A stretch of 64,000 nucleotides of DNA from the human T2T-CHM13v2.0 reference genome, Homo sapiens: assembly GCF_009914755.1 (NCBI RefSeq), contig NC_060935.1. One strand, 5' to 3'. Under the pieces are notes generated by a model that made no database searches, was not told the DNA's origin, and saw nothing but the letters and a program-made list of their open reading frames with translations. Below, in pieces: positions 62,997-64,000 of this stretch. The position numbers and the translations under genes were made by a program. The first letter of the stretch is position 1, and each line of letters begins with the position of its first letter.

Positions 62997-64000
62997 GAAA
63001 GAGATAAATAATATTTATCAACATTGAATATAACAGCTCATAAATAATTCTTATAGGTAAGAAAATATTTAGAGAGCTAACAAATGGCACAGGGAAATAA
63101 ATTGGCATCAATTACTTCTGTTTCATTTTTTTCCTACTTTGTCAGGGAAATGGAATTGCATCTAAATAATGGCCTTCCCTTATATTTTAGAAGCAAAGTT
63201 GTTTACAAACCTCAAACATGTAAAAGCTATAACCAGTTCATTTATAAATAATTTGCTGTTAAGATAATTGAGATAGTGGCACTTGCTTGTGAGAGCATTA
63301 TTGGAAAAAATCTGGTAGACTCAGCACATATTCACAAGTACAAATTAAATACTAAAACAAACAAAAAGTCAACTTTTAAAATTATTAACTGCTCCTGAAA
63401 TTTGCCTTACTAAATACTCACAGAAAAAACAATAAATATGTTGGGTCAATACCAGAAATTACGGGCCTACTAATGAAAAGAATGTAAAGCTTATTACTGT
63501 TAGCATAGTAAGAGGCAAAAATGGTGATGATAATTTAATTTATTTTGTAGCCACAAAATTATTTTATAAAAGATTGAATTAAGGCATTTTGGATTGTTCC
63601 TTTGCTTTAGAAACCTCAGATAAGAAATAACTAATTTAAAACAATGATATTTCACTAGGTGGTGAGATTTTATTCTTGTCTCTATTTGGACTAGAGTCCC
63701 AAAATTTAAAAAGTAATTTCCTCTAAATTCTAAAAACCATTGTTTGAGGTCTTTACTCTTCTGGAACAGACATTTTCTCAGGATCTATTAAGAAATGGCC
63801 CAAATGGTCTTATTATCCTACAGTTATCTATGAATATCTTAACATCCTTGTTCCTAGTCTATACAGTTAAATAAGTATTAGCATATTAAGGGGATAAGAT
63901 AAAGGAATGATCAGGGGTACAGGATTTATGGGGAAAGTATATTAAAAATCAAAATTATTAGATTTTTCTCAAATCATCAAAAAATTAGCAATTGATGTAC

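Overview
AT-rich, repeat-dominated human non-coding DNA (intergenic or deep intronic); no host protein-coding exon, RNA gene or CRISPR array can be supported. Two large LINE-1s dominate. One is a full-length, decayed L1PA3/L1PA4-type element on the minus strand (12225-18372, 14-bp TSD). The other is a human-specific L1HS-Ta element with Ta-0 diagnostics on the plus strand (37044-42469, 15-bp TSD), truncated within its 5'UTR, with one ORF1 nonsense mutation and a 1237-codon ORF2 that has lost only its last ~39 aa. The rest is eight Alus or Alu fragments, solo MaLR/ERV LTRs, hAT DNA-transposon fossils, old L1/L2/L3/MIR fragments and simple repeats. Almost all short ORFs in the track are repeat-derived or chance. 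The most unusual features are: an Alu whose TSD also encloses ~90 bp of non-Alu sequence (a chimeric retro-insertion); the promoterless L1HS with near-intact ORF2 downstream of an older L1 antisense promoter; both states of the ZNF93-escape deletion in one window; a closely spaced inverted Alu pair; and a probable ancient RTE-like LINE fossil. I found no convincing new biological system. Subfamily calls come from recalled consensus sequences, not a RepeatMasker run.
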